DNA of 64,000 nucleotides, from positions 1,408,001 through 1,472,000 of the forward strand of contig CBDEUK010000002.1 in assembly GCA_965243205.1 (NCBI GenBank), given 5' to 3'. Shown here one piece after another: positions 50,525-61,124 of this stretch. Every line of letters starts with the position of its first letter. The stretch's first letter is position 1. Under the pieces are notes generated by a model that had not been told where the DNA came from, ran no database searches, and worked only from the letters and a program-made list of their open reading frames with translations. The stretch comes from Gammaproteobacteria bacterium. Its GTDB lineage: Bacteria; Pseudomonadota; Gammaproteobacteria; Eutrophobiales; Eutrophobiaceae. The position numbers and the translations under genes were made by a program.

Positions 50525-51739
50525 ATGCAGAGTAATGAGATAAATAAGCTTCCAGTAACCGTATTGTCAGGTTTCCTTGGAGCTGGAAAAACCACTGTAC
50601 TTAGCCACATTTTAAATAATAGAGAAGGTAAAAAAGTGGCTGTAATAGTGAATGATATGAGCGAGATTAATATCGATTCCAGCATTATCAAAAATGAAGT
50701 CTCGCTTAATCGCAGTGAAGAAAAACTAGTCGAAATGAGTAATGGATGTATCTGTTGCACCTTGCGAGAAGATTTATTGATAGAAGTCAATAAACTAGCT
50801 CAAGAAGGTAAATTTGATTATCTAGTTATTGAATCAACAGGGATTTCCGAGCCTCTGCCTGTGGCTGAAACGTTCACATTTGCTGATGAAGAAGGTGTTT
50901 CTCTATCGGACGTATCAACACTCGACACAATGGTAACCGTTGTTGATGCGGTGAACTTTCTCAAAGATTATGAAGAAGCACAATCATTGCAAGATACGGG
51001 TGAATCGTTAGGTGAGGAGGATGAACGCAGTGTTGCAGACTTACTGATAGACCAAGTGGAATTTGCCGATGTCATTCTCATCAGCAAAACTGATCTGGTT
51101 GAGTCTTCTGATATAGAACGTCTCATGGCTATTCTCAAATCACTCAACACAGATGCGCGCATGATTCCTATATCTCAAGGACAAGTTGATATAGATAAAG
51201 TCTTAAATACGGGTTTATTCGATTTTGAACGTGCTCAACTAGCGCCAGGTTGGCTTAAAGAAATGCGCGGAGAACACGTACCTGAAACAGAAGAGTATGG
51301 AATCAGCAGTTTCAGTTATCTCGCCAGACGACCTTTCCACCCAGAAAAATTCTTTCAGTTTCTACACAGCACAGGACAATTCGGTAAATTAATCCGCTCA
51401 AAAGGTTATTTTTGGTTAGCCTCACAACCTGAAGCAGCTGGACAATGGAGTCAAGCGGGTGGTATTGCTCGATATGGTTTTGCTGGAATGTTTTGGAAAG
51501 CGGTTCCTAAGAAAGACTGGCCTGATGATGAAGAATACCTAGCATCGATACAGAAACATTGGGTAGAACCGTTTGGTGATATGCGACAAGAATTGGTCTT
51601 TATCGGCCAAGGTTTAGATGAAGCGAAAATGACTGAGGCATTGAACAATTGCTTACTGAGTGAAGAAGAAGTTCTACGCGGCAAAGACTATTGGATGACA
51701 TTAAATGATCCTTTTCCTTATTGGAGAGAGACAGAATGA
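50525..51739 (+). CDS. zigA: COG0523 zinc metallochaperone GTPase ZigA
   Basis: [23 protein letters not shown], CobW_C ([15 protein letters not shown]). Confidence 0.93.
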   Translation: MQSNEINKLPVTVLSGFLGAGKTTVLSHILNNREGKKVAVIVNDMSEINIDSSIIKNEVSLNRSEEKLVEMSNGCICCTLREDLLIEVNKLAQEGKFDYLVIESTGISEPLPVAETFTFADEEGVSLSDVSTLDTMVTVVDAVNFLKDYEEAQSLQDTGESLGEEDERSVADLLIDQVEFADVILISKTDLVESSDIERLMAILKSLNTDARMIPISQGQVDIDKVLNTGLFDFERAQLAPGWLKEMRGEHVPETEEYGISSFSYLARRPFHPEKFFQFLHSTGQFGKLIRSKGYFWLASQPEAAGQWSQAGGIARYGFAGMFWKAVPKKDWPDDEEYLASIQKHWVEPFGDMRQELVFIGQGLDEAKMTEALNNCLLSEEEVLRGKDYWMTLNDPFPYWRETE

Positions 51740-52419
51740 GTGCCGTTATTCATCAATTTCCTCAACAAAACATATTATCGCCCCTAAAATATCGCTGCTC
51801 CGCTGAATCGGAGCAAGCCTCCATTTTTGCCGATGTTTATCGTGACGATACGAATATCATAGTATGGAAACGTCATCTTTCGGATAGCTTTCAAAGTGCT
51901 ATTCATGAATTTATAAAATCTAACGAAAATTTTCGACTTGTACAGGCTGTCAGTCCAGAATCAGTTAATGAAATTCTACATAAATCATTAGACGATATGA
52001 GATGTAAAACAGAGCTAAGTAATAACATTACTGAGTTAGTCGAAATGTTTTGTGATTTATTTGATCTGAAATCAGTTGGTTTACGATTAACTACTCTAGA
52101 TCGTGCCATGTGTCCTAAATTCCATTTCGATCGAGTTCCTTGCCGACTAGTCACCACCTTTCACGGTGTTGCAACAGAATGGCTACCACATAGCGCTGTC
52201 GACAGAACGAAACTTGGTCCCGGCAGCCAGGGACTAAGCGATGATAAATCAGGCCTTTATAAAGAAGAGCAAGATATCCAACAATTAAATACTGGTGATG
52301 TAGCATTATTAAAAGGTGAACTTTGGGAAGGTAATGAAGATGCAGGCTTAGTACATCGCTCACCAGCAGTTATGGAAGGAGAAAATCGTTTATTACTCAC
52401 GCTTGATTTTTTAAACTAA
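51736..52419 (+). CDS. DUF1826 family protein
   Basis: [34 protein letters not shown]; ATGA overlap with zigA. Confidence 0.88.
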   Translation: MSAVIHQFPQQNILSPLKYRCSAESEQASIFADVYRDDTNIIVWKRHLSDSFQSAIHEFIKSNENFRLVQAVSPESVNEILHKSLDDMRCKTELSNNITELVEMFCDLFDLKSVGLRLTTLDRAMCPKFHFDRVPCRLVTTFHGVATEWLPHSAVDRTKLGPGSQGLSDDKSGLYKEEQDIQQLNTGDVALLKGELWEGNEDAGLVHRSPAVMEGENRLLLTLDFLN

Positions 52420-52452
52420 GCCTTTAAACCGCAACTAAGGCCATTATCTAAA

Positions 52453-53046
52453 ATGAAATATGAAACATACTTTGTATTTATCATTTTGTTTTTATGTGTG
52501 AGTTTCAATCTGAAAGCAGAACCCCATAAAGAGCACCATGACCATGGTAATCAATCAGCACATGTTCATGGTTTAGCCAGTTTAACGTTAGCAATAGAAA
52601 ATAATGAACTTGAAATAGAATTAAACTCTCCTGCAGTTGATTTGGTTGGTTTTGAGCATCGTGCAAATTCACTGGAAGAAAAAAGCATGGTTGAAAAAAC
52701 AGAAGCATTATTGCATTCACCTGAAAAAATATTTTCTTTTAAAGGTTCTAAATGTAAAGCAAAAGAAATAAATATAGATACGTCTGATGTCACGGCCATA
52801 AAAAATAAGCATCATGCTCATGATGAACATGAACATCACGACTCAGACAGACATAATCAGGACCATAGCGAAGTCACTGCTCATTACCATTTTAGTTGCG
52901 ACAAGACCAATAATTTAACTACGGTAGTTGTTAACTTGTTTGAACATTTCCCAACTTTGGAAAACATTAACAGTATGTGGGTTACTGAAATTCAACAAGG
53001 CGCAGCAATGCTTAATAAAGATAAAAATATAATTAATATAAAATAA
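52453..53046 (+). CDS. zrgA: His-rich periplasmic zinc-binding protein ZrgA (DUF2796)
   Basis: Signal peptide, AHVHG, SPAVDLVGFEH, His-rich loop, HSEV.AHY.F.C. Confidence 0.88.
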   Translation: MKYETYFVFIILFLCVSFNLKAEPHKEHHDHGNQSAHVHGLASLTLAIENNELEIELNSPAVDLVGFEHRANSLEEKSMVEKTEALLHSPEKIFSFKGSKCKAKEINIDTSDVTAIKNKHHAHDEHEHHDSDRHNQDHSEVTAHYHFSCDKTNNLTTVVVNLFEHFPTLENINSMWVTEIQQGAAMLNKDKNIINIK

Positions 53047-53052
53047 ATATAA

Positions 53053-53460
53053 ATGATTAAAAATCTACAAGTATTCACGGATAAAATAGCGATAAGTCTT
53101 TCGATGCTTTGCGCGATTCATTGCTTAATACTGCCGTTATTCATTTTATCATTACCGAACTTAAGCTTATTACAATTCATTAATAATGAATCGTTTCATT
53201 TATGGATGTTATTAGTGGTTATTCCTACTAGCCTATGTGCTTTAACTTTAGGTTGTAAAAAACATGGTCGTTATCATTTATTCGTATACGGAGTTATTGG
53301 TTTAGCAGTGATGATTCTAGCGATTCTATTAACTGAGGTATTTCTATCAGAATCTTGGGAAAAGATATTAACTGTAATAGGCGCAAGTATTATTGCAATA
53401 GGACATTACAAGAACTATCAATTGTGCCAAAAACACGATTGTTGTTCGTGCTCTGTATAA
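53053..53460 (+). CDS. MerC-domain membrane protein
   Basis: DKIAISLSMLCAIHC, four TM segments, Cys-rich tail CQKHDCCSC. Confidence 0.85.
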   Translation: MIKNLQVFTDKIAISLSMLCAIHCLILPLFILSLPNLSLLQFINNESFHLWMLLVVIPTSLCALTLGCKKHGRYHLFVYGVIGLAVMILAILLTEVFLSESWEKILTVIGASIIAIGHYKNYQLCQKHDCCSCSV

Positions 53461-53484
53461 AACTATATAATATAAAAAGATATT

Positions 53485-54117
53485 TTATTCTTCAGTATAA
53501 GGTTCTAATTCCTGACCTGACATACTGTAAGCAGAAGTCGCCATATCATTATTAATCAATGTAGTTTTAAGGATACCCGATACCCAAAATGGATCATATA
53601 AAGCATCCAGCGTAAAACCCTTTGGATATTTAACATAAATGATCTGATTAGGTGGCGGTGGTGGGACATGAATACAAGCGCCGAAATATGGCACCAGAAA
53701 AAATTCTGTTATCACTTGATCATCATTATATTCCAAAGGCACTATAAACCCTGGTATTTTTACAGCCTGGCCATCGAATTCTTCAATGACCCGGGTAGAA
53801 ACTAACGCTTGTTGGAAACGATCAGCCGTTTCTCTTTGACTTTCATCTTCAAGCGGTTTTTGAAGTTTAAAGGTAACATCATCTTCAGGTGAACCGTCTT
53901 CAATCTCTGATAGGTAGTCTGGAGGGTTTAATAATGCCTCCAAATCATCTTGCGGTAATAGGTCATCCCAATCGACAGATTTATATGAGTATTTTTCAGG
54001 CTTAGGCGGAACTACAGTATCCGAATTAAACTGTTGCTCCGTAGCATCTGCACGGCAATTAATGAATACTAGTGTTAATAACAGTCCTAAGAAAATATTA
54101 GTCATTCGATTATTCAT
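53485..54117 (-). CDS. DUF3299 family protein (ZrgD-like)
   Basis: WDDLLP, IPGFIVPL, FFLVPYFGACIHVPPPPPNQ; start set at 54117. Confidence 0.9.
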   Translation of the reverse strand: MNNRMTNIFLGLLLTLVFINCRADATEQQFNSDTVVPPKPEKYSYKSVDWDDLLPQDDLEALLNPPDYLSEIEDGSPEDDVTFKLQKPLEDESQRETADRFQQALVSTRVIEEFDGQAVKIPGFIVPLEYNDDQVITEFFLVPYFGACIHVPPPPPNQIIYVKYPKGFTLDALYDPFWVSGILKTTLINNDMATSAYSMSGQELEPYTEE

Positions 54118-54157
54118 TTTTTTATTTCTTGCGCTATAGATTTTTATGTACACTAGG

Positions 54158-54180
54158 AAATTGATAAATTATAACATTTA
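54158..54180. promoter_or_regulatory. Second, degenerate Zur box between the divergent DUF3299 and ABC genes
   Basis: AAATTGATAAA-T-TATAACATTTA; right half 10/11 and left half 7/11 to consensus. Confidence 0.5.
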
Positions 54181-54223
54181 TAGTTCATAATTAATTACTG
54201 AAAATATTTTTCAGGCATATTCT

Positions 54224-54895
54224 ATGATGATTCATCTAAACAATATTATTTTTTCCTACCCAAATACAAACGATAAGCCGGTTTTAAAGCTACATGACTG
54301 GTCTGTATCAGCTGGGGAAAAAGTTTTTATTCAAGGTCCATCAGGATGTGGCAAATCAACATTACTGAATATCTTGAGTGGTATATTACTACCAAATCAA
54401 GGCGAAATATCCGTGTTAGGTGAAAGACTAGATTTGATGAGCTCTCATAAACGCGACAAATTTAGAGCAGATCATATAGGCTATGTATTTCAACAATTTA
54501 ATCTTATTCCTTATCTAGATGCGATAGAAAATGTTAAGTTAGTCCAATATTTTTGCAGCAATAACTCAAAATCTCTTGCTCTAGATGATGAGATAAAATC
54601 ATTACTTCTAAAATTGCATATTGCAGATAATGATTGGAATAAACCAGCTAAAAAACTTAGCATTGGACAACAACAACGTATTGCAATTGCCAGGGCAATT
54701 ATTAATAAACCTAAATTATTAATCGTAGATGAACCTACTTCATCACTTGATTATGAAAACCGTGACCAGTTCATGTCATTACTAATGTCTTTAGTTCTCG
54801 AACACAACATCACATTAATATTCGTTAGTCACGATATGTCTTTATCTGAGAATTTTAGTCGAGTAGATGCTCTTTCAGATATTAATGATTCCTAA
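54224..54895 (+). CDS. ABC transporter ATP-binding protein (ZrgB/LolD-like)
   Basis: GPSGCGKST, FQQFNL, LSIGQQQR, DEPT, VSHD. Confidence 0.92.
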   Translation: MMIHLNNIIFSYPNTNDKPVLKLHDWSVSAGEKVFIQGPSGCGKSTLLNILSGILLPNQGEISVLGERLDLMSSHKRDKFRADHIGYVFQQFNLIPYLDAIENVKLVQYFCSNNSKSLALDDEIKSLLLKLHIADNDWNKPAKKLSIGQQQRIAIARAIINKPKLLIVDEPTSSLDYENRDQFMSLLMSLVLEHNITLIFVSHDMSLSENFSRVDALSDINDS

Positions 54896-54904
54896 GGTGA
54901 ATAA

Positions 54905-56143
54905 ATGTTTTTTAAATTGGCTGCGAAAAGTTTATTAGAGCGAAAGAACTCCGTCATGTTAACGATAATGGCTATGGCGGTCAGTATCTTTGTTCTATTA
55001 GGTGTAGAACATATACGACATCAAGCAAAAGACAGCTTTGCTAATACTGTTTCAGGAGTTGATCTTATTGTTGGTGCTAGAACAGGCAGCCTAAATCTCT
55101 TACTTTATTCTGTGTTTCGTATTGGCTCACCAACTAATAATATCAATTGGAATTCATTCGAAGAGATTGCTTCTAATTCCAAAGTAAAATGGGCTATCCC
55201 AATTTCACTTGGTGATTCCCATAAAGGTTATCGTGTTATGGGAACCAATCAAAATTATTTCAAATACTTTAGTTATGGAGATAAACATAAACTCAGTTTT
55301 AAACAAGGCAAATCTTTTGATGATTTATTCGATGTTGTTTTAGGTAATGATGTTGCGAAAAAACTTGGATACTCTCTAGGAGATGAGTTGGTATTAGCAC
55401 ATGGCATGGCGAGCACGAGTTTTAGCCTTCATGATGATCGACCATTTACTGTTGTTGGTATATTGAAACCAACAGGCACACCTGTTGATCAAACACTTCA
55501 TATTAGTTTAGAAGGAATCGAAGCGATACATATAGATTGGAAGAATGGTATTAAAATACCTGGCAAAAAAATATCTGAATCTCAACTTGAACAATTGAAA
55601 CTTAAGCCGAAAAACATCACCGCTTTTATGCTAGGTTTAAAATCTCGTATGGCTACGTTTTCAGTACAACGTAATATTAATCATTATAATAAAGAACCTT
55701 TATCAGCTATCTTACCTGGTGTTGCATTGTCAGAACTTTGGCAAATGATGAACATGTTAGAAAACACACTTCGACTAATATCATTACTTGTCCTAGTTGC
55801 AGCGCTATTAGGTTTAAGTGCTATGTTATTAGCCTCTATTCGTGAGCGTCGCCATGAAGTTCAATTACTCAGAGTTATTGGAGCCAGTCCTTGGTTTTTA
55901 TTTTTGTTAATAGAGCTTGAAGCATTAATGATTAGTTTATTAAGTATTCTACTCGGCTCATCTGCACTCTATGGTTGCTTAGCATTTATACGGAATGCCT
56001 TAGCATCAAACTTCGGATTACACATTAATACTGATATCCTCTCAGAAAGCTCTCTATATCTACTACTTATTATAATCACTTCTACTTTACTGGCAGCTTC
56101 GATCCCTTCTTTTTCTATCTATAAAAATTCAAACTCTATTTAA
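54905..56143 (+). CDS. ABC transporter permease (MacB/FtsX-like, ZrgC)
   Basis: DLIVGARTG, PISLGDSHKGYRVMGT, ERRHEVQLLRVIGA. Confidence 0.9.
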   Translation: MFFKLAAKSLLERKNSVMLTIMAMAVSIFVLLGVEHIRHQAKDSFANTVSGVDLIVGARTGSLNLLLYSVFRIGSPTNNINWNSFEEIASNSKVKWAIPISLGDSHKGYRVMGTNQNYFKYFSYGDKHKLSFKQGKSFDDLFDVVLGNDVAKKLGYSLGDELVLAHGMASTSFSLHDDRPFTVVGILKPTGTPVDQTLHISLEGIEAIHIDWKNGIKIPGKKISESQLEQLKLKPKNITAFMLGLKSRMATFSVQRNINHYNKEPLSAILPGVALSELWQMMNMLENTLRLISLLVLVAALLGLSAMLLASIRERRHEVQLLRVIGASPWFLFLLIELEALMISLLSILLGSSALYGCLAFIRNALASNFGLHINTDILSESSLYLLLIIITSTLLAASIPSFSIYKNSNSI

Positions 56144-56200
56144 TTTTTTAATAAAATAATCTTATTTCTACTTATAACTTATCTAGTTTAAAAAATGATC

Positions 56201-56227
56201 GAACTAACTATGAGATAGCAAGTCAGA
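56201..56227 (+). promoter_or_regulatory. ECF (sigmaE-like) promoter candidate for the PiT gene
   Basis: GAACTA-N16-TCAGA. Confidence 0.45.
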
Positions 56228-56267
56228 TAAAAATCTTACCGTCTATTAAAAAATATAATCAAAAATA

Positions 56268-57377
56268 ATGACTATTTTCATCATTCTCTTTGTAGCGACT
56301 ATTTTTTTGGCTTATGCAAATGGTGCTAATGATAACTTTAAAGGCGTCGCCACGCTGTTTGGAAGTAAAACAACCAATTATTCTAAAGCCATTCGTTGGG
56401 CGACTTTAACAACCATCCTCGGTTCATTTTCTTCAATCATTCTAGCAGAGAAATTATTAAAGAATTTTTCAGGTAAAGGCTTAGTGCCCGCTGAAATAAC
56501 TGCTGCGCCCGAGTTTCTGACTTCTGTTGCTATCGGCTCAGGCCTTACCGTTTTATTTACAGCTCTTCGTGGCTTACCCATTTCAACCACACACAGTTTA
56601 GTTGGTGGTCTTGTCGGCAGTGGTATTATGGCAATAGGAAGTGATGTCAATTTTCAATTTCTTGGAAAAACATTTTTTATCCCATTATTGGTCAGCCCTT
56701 TTATTGCTGTTTTATTAGCTTATACCTTTTACTCTGTTTTCCGTTTAATAGAAAAGCGTTTTGGGCTTAACAAAAACTGGTGTTTATGTATTGGATTAAC
56801 TAATAACTATGAAAATATAAACGGTCAAACTACTATTTATGAAAACCAATTAACAACACATTCTGATACTAAACAAAACTGTGATGCAAAATACTCAAAT
56901 CATTTTCTTGGTATAAGTTTTCAAAAAATTCTCGATAACCTGCATTTTTTAAGTGCCGGGATTGTTTGTTTTGCTAGAGGTTTAAATGACACCCCAAAAA
57001 TTTTTGCACTATTAATTGCTGTTCCAGGCATCTCAATACAATATGGCATGATTGCAGTCGCCTTTGGCATGGCAATTGGTGGTCTTTTAAATGCTCGACG
57101 TATTGCAGAGACCATTAGTAATAAAATTACTCCGATAAAACACGAACAAGGGTTTGCTGCTAACCTTGTAACTGGTTTCCTGGTTATTTTTGCTAGTCGT
57201 TTAGGCATTCCTGTATCAACGACTCATGTTTCAGTTGGATCAATATTTGGAATAAGTCTTTTAACAGGGCAAGGCAATAAGAAAGTGATTTCAAATATTT
57301 TAATATCTTGGTTACTAACATTACCAGTAGCAGGCCTATTAAGTGCAGTAACGTATTATTTAATTAATAGTCCATAA
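56268..57377 (+). CDS. PiT family inorganic phosphate/sulfate transporter
   Basis: NGANDN, PISTTH, GLND, PVSTTH duplicated PHO4 motifs. Confidence 0.9.
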   Translation: MTIFIILFVATIFLAYANGANDNFKGVATLFGSKTTNYSKAIRWATLTTILGSFSSIILAEKLLKNFSGKGLVPAEITAAPEFLTSVAIGSGLTVLFTALRGLPISTTHSLVGGLVGSGIMAIGSDVNFQFLGKTFFIPLLVSPFIAVLLAYTFYSVFRLIEKRFGLNKNWCLCIGLTNNYENINGQTTIYENQLTTHSDTKQNCDAKYSNHFLGISFQKILDNLHFLSAGIVCFARGLNDTPKIFALLIAVPGISIQYGMIAVAFGMAIGGLLNARRIAETISNKITPIKHEQGFAANLVTGFLVIFASRLGIPVSTTHVSVGSIFGISLLTGQGNKKVISNILISWLLTLPVAGLLSAVTYYLINSP

Positions 57378-57407
57378 ATTTTTATGAATTCAGTTAAAAA
57401 ATTAGCA

Positions 57408-58160
57408 TTAATTTATGGCAATACCATTCAGTGACCAGTCATAATTTAGATAACTCACATCAAAACTATCTTTGCTAAGTAATTCAGCTATTGTGGGATC
57501 ATTTACATATTTAGCTAGATATTTTTGAACAGAACCTGAATGATTCTCAAAATCTTCAGAAAACCAATCAAAAATCTTGGATATTTTTATTTGATTTTGA
57601 TTTAAATCGTATTGATTTTTTACATTATCGTTGATAAATACTTTTGCGTTTTTTTCCAAATTCTTTTCAAGGTTATCCGCTGTATAAGCCTCAGAAATAA
57701 GTATGGGGCAAGAGGCAGAAGCACAGTTAATTGCAAAATGGATACGTGGTTCATTAAACGGAATAATGATATCTCTTTCTAAATCATAAAGATTTATGTT
57801 TCGGCCCGCCACGTCGTATTTAGTCGATTTAAAGAATGTAATACGTGAAAAAAAACCATCAGGACTCAAGCCATCTAAAATCCCTTTTATGGTAAGAGCA
57901 TTATATGCATTGATCCAAAAAGCCAGTTTTGCATTTCGAGAGGCGAAATCATCGGGATTAGTATTTTCCAAATAGTTAATGTATTCAGTAAACCGCTTAT
58001 CTTTTTTAATAGCTGAATAGTCTACTTGACCATTTTTAACATGTTCTTGAACAACCTCATCGAATAGAACATGTCCCGTTACAGTTTCAGCTCGAACACC
58101 AAAGGCCATGGTAAGTGTAAAAGCAAGTATAAAACTTAAAGTGTTTATTAAATATTTCAT
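57408..58160 (-). CDS. DUF547 family secreted protein
   Basis: VDY, AFWINAYNA, PRIHFAINCASASCP, SKIFDWF, YDWSLN. Confidence 0.92.
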   Translation of the reverse strand: MKYLINTLSFILAFTLTMAFGVRAETVTGHVLFDEVVQEHVKNGQVDYSAIKKDKRFTEYINYLENTNPDDFASRNAKLAFWINAYNALTIKGILDGLSPDGFFSRITFFKSTKYDVAGRNINLYDLERDIIIPFNEPRIHFAINCASASCPILISEAYTADNLEKNLEKNAKVFINDNVKNQYDLNQNQIKISKIFDWFSEDFENHSGSVQKYLAKYVNDPTIAELLSKDSFDVSYLNYDWSLNGIAIN

Positions 58161-58194
58161 AACATTCCCCAGATTTTAATATTTTACTATTTGC

Positions 58195-58221
58195 ACTGAG
58201 TCTGATGATTTGTTTTAGTTC
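58195..58221 (-). promoter_or_regulatory. ECF (sigmaE-like) promoter candidate for the DUF547 gene
   Basis: Minus strand GAACTA-N16-TCAGT, same geometry as the PiT upstream motif. Confidence 0.45.
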
Positions 58222-58454
58222 AAACATTAAAAATAATTTAATTTATGAAATAAAAATATTTATGAAAAAATATTCAACACATTAAATATAATAAATCTAT
58301 TGAACTTTTTATAAATTGATATAAGCGTTTATTGTTTATCGGAATCTCTCACCAAGAGCATCTTATCTACAGATAATTTTTTACTAATTCGCCGATTTTA
58401 ATCTGCCGTTCAGACATTTGTTCTACTAATTTATTACCAAATTCAAAAAAATAC

Positions 58455-58481
58455 TTAAATCGTATGAGAATGTGCCGATAA
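58455..58481 (+). promoter_or_regulatory. Sigma28 (FliA) promoter of the MCP gene
   Basis: TTAAA-N14-GCCGATAA (perfect -10), about 45 bp before the start. Confidence 0.75.
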
Positions 58482-58524
58482 ATACAGAGTCGTATCTTTC
58501 TAAAATTATTTTAGGATTTGAAAA

Positions 58525-60147
58525 GTGATTAAAAACAAGATTTTATCTTTAAATATTTCAAAAAAAATACTCAGTGGTTATGTGTTTTGCCTTGTCCTTT
58601 TTTTATTATTTTCAGGCTTAACACTATTTAATGGCCAAAGAATCAATACTGTCACCAAAAATTTGGCAGAAGATCAACTACCCAATATGGTAGCTATCTC
58701 CGATCTGAATATGCTGACACAAGCTCAAACAGTATCTTTATATGAACTTTATGCAACAGCAGAAAGTAAGCCATTTTATAAAACTCAAAAAAATCATATA
58801 GAACAAGAAAAATTATTATTAGAAAAAATAAGTAATTTGTCCGAATATCAAAAATATGAAAACGAAATTATTGATAAGCTAAAACAACAAAAACAATTTG
58901 CCAATTCATTTGTTAAAGTAATGACATCAACCCGTATCGATTGGGATGAAGCACGTAGGACTTTAGCTAATTTTGCAAACGCAGCAAAAGATACAGCAAA
59001 TGTTTTAAACAAATTAGCAAACGATGCAGAATCAGCAACATTATTAATCGCTAATAACTCAAAAAATCTTATCAGCCAACTCATTAATATGAGTTTTATC
59101 ATAACGGTACTCGCCATAATTGGCTTATTTGTTATGACAAAATACACAAAAACTCAAATTATCAAACCTTTAGAAAAAATCAGTGCGCAATTAAATTCAA
59201 TCACTGAAAAAAGAGATATCACTCAACGTATAGATATTGATTCTAAAGATGAAATCGGAAATACCGCAAACTCTGTTAATAGTTTATTAGATGAATTTCA
59301 GAATCTATCTAAAACATTGAATCAAACTGTGATTAATATGGGATCATCTGTAGAAACATTAACATCCATTTCTCAAGAAACTCGAAATAGTGTTAATAAT
59401 CAGAATACTGAATTACAGCAAGCTGAAATTATTAGTAATGAAATTGTAAATCAAGTTGAAACTATTGTTACAAAAGCTGAAGAAGCATCGCAAGAAGCTA
59501 ATACTTCTGCAACTGTTTCGAAAGATGGCCGAGAAGTTGTTACTACCAATAGAAATGTTATTAATGATCTCGCAAGAGAAGTTGAAGCAAGCTCAGGCGC
59601 AATATCTAATCTAGTTCAAGACTCTGAAAAAGTTATTGAAGTATTAGATATTATTGAAGGTATAGCTGATCAAACCAACCTATTAGCGCTTAATGCTGCT
59701 ATTGAAGCCGCTCGTGCTGGAGAAGCTGGAAGAGGATTCGCAGTAGTAGCAGATGAGGTTCGACAACTTGCACAAAATACCAGTGATGCAACATCGGATA
59801 TTAATGACATCATGAATAATCTTCGATCTGCAGTCTCTGATACAAATCGCTTAATGAAAAAAGCAACAGAGCAAGCGGATAAAAGTATTACTGTAGCGAA
59901 TGAAGCTGAACAAAAGCTTGGTACTATACAAGAAGCTACGCGACAAATTTTAACGGTAAATGCTGAAATAGATACTGTTGCACAATCGCATCACAACCAA
60001 GTAGATCAAATTAAAGCTTGTATGGTACATGTCCAAGAATACTCAACTTCTACAGATACAAATGTCCATCAACTACAAGATACAACTAATAAACTGACGG
60101 TTCTTGCGAAAAGCTTACAAGATCATATTAGCAGTATAAAATATTAA
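58525..60147 (+). CDS. Methyl-accepting chemotaxis protein
   Basis: TM1, periplasmic helical sensor, TM2, HAMP (DEIG), [31 protein letters not shown]. Confidence 0.95.
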   Translation: MIKNKILSLNISKKILSGYVFCLVLFLLFSGLTLFNGQRINTVTKNLAEDQLPNMVAISDLNMLTQAQTVSLYELYATAESKPFYKTQKNHIEQEKLLLEKISNLSEYQKYENEIIDKLKQQKQFANSFVKVMTSTRIDWDEARRTLANFANAAKDTANVLNKLANDAESATLLIANNSKNLISQLINMSFIITVLAIIGLFVMTKYTKTQIIKPLEKISAQLNSITEKRDITQRIDIDSKDEIGNTANSVNSLLDEFQNLSKTLNQTVINMGSSVETLTSISQETRNSVNNQNTELQQAEIISNEIVNQVETIVTKAEEASQEANTSATVSKDGREVVTTNRNVINDLAREVEASSGAISNLVQDSEKVIEVLDIIEGIADQTNLLALNAAIEAARAGEAGRGFAVVADEVRQLAQNTSDATSDINDIMNNLRSAVSDTNRLMKKATEQADKSITVANEAEQKLGTIQEATRQILTVNAEIDTVAQSHHNQVDQIKACMVHVQEYSTSTDTNVHQLQDTTNKLTVLAKSLQDHISSIKY

Positions 60148-60187
60148 TCGTTATATTTATAAGTATACTAACTAGCCTAATTAAACA

Positions 60188-60802
60188 TTATATTTCTGTT
60201 GTCGTAGTTTCTTGTTTTTCTTTTTCTTCTGGCAACTCAAACAACTCCTGTAATTTTTTAACCAAGTCGTCTATCTCTTGTTGCAATTCAGGAATACCTT
60301 CTTCTATTTTTTGTTCAAACTCTGAAATACCTTTTTCTATTTCGGGTATAGCTTTATCAATTTCATCCAATGATCGATTAAATTCATCTTTCAATAAATC
60401 ACTCAATTCTGATAAGTCTTCAATGACATCACTAAAAGATTTTGGTTGAACACCCGAAACAGTCTTACTGTGGTCAACTTTCCATATTCCTTCTGTTTGA
60501 ATTAAATAAGTTGTAAGTTGAATTGATTCATGTTCTGAACCGATTAAGTATAGGGTTGTATCAATCTCAGATTTTTTTTCATTAATAGTAATTTGACCAA
60601 GCTCAAATGAATTTATATCAGGCAGAGAACTAAATTTATCTGTTTCAGAATCCCAAAAAGCTGTGGAATATTTCTTCATACTACTCACATCTTTATTTTG
60701 TACTGCCGTCCAATATAACTCTGCAACTTGAACAGGTGTCAGTAGGTTTTGGCACGAGGTCAATATGCCCAGCAACAAAATTACAACAATGAATCGATTC
60801 AT
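60188..60802 (-). CDS. Lipoprotein with an acidic coiled-coil C-terminus
   Basis: MNRFIVVILLLGILTSC lipobox (start 60802), WKVD motif, helical tail. Confidence 0.75.
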   Translation of the reverse strand: MNRFIVVILLLGILTSCQNLLTPVQVAELYWTAVQNKDVSSMKKYSTAFWDSETDKFSSLPDINSFELGQITINEKKSEIDTTLYLIGSEHESIQLTTYLIQTEGIWKVDHSKTVSGVQPKSFSDVIEDLSELSDLLKDEFNRSLDEIDKAIPEIEKGISEFEQKIEEGIPELQQEIDDLVKKLQELFELPEEKEKQETTTTEI

Positions 60803-61019
60803 AAAGCTTCCTAAATAACTGTAATATTCAAATATTTTGAGTGTTACTGAGATCAAATAGTTTTACTACTCATAAACAATAAACTTTATTGCTGCAACGC
60901 ATCATAATAGAGCTATCAAGGCTGATTCGCACCCTTTATGCTCATGATATTTCTTATTTAATAACAACTATTTTATATAAATACTTGTTTTTATTATATA
61001 AAAATTCCTTTACGACTAA

Positions 61020-61035
61020 TGGCATAGGCTTTGCT
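61020..61035 (+). promoter_or_regulatory. Sigma54 promoter upstream of the alpha/beta hydrolase
   Basis: TGGCATAGGCTTTGCT (TGGCA-N6-TTGC, GG-N10-GC). Confidence 0.75.
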
Positions 61036-61124
61036 CCTTAGAAAACTAAGAATAAGAAAAATCGTATCTAGCGAAAAGAGGAGGAAGAGTGAATAGATTT
61101 TTTTGATAGTTGGGAGTCAGTATT

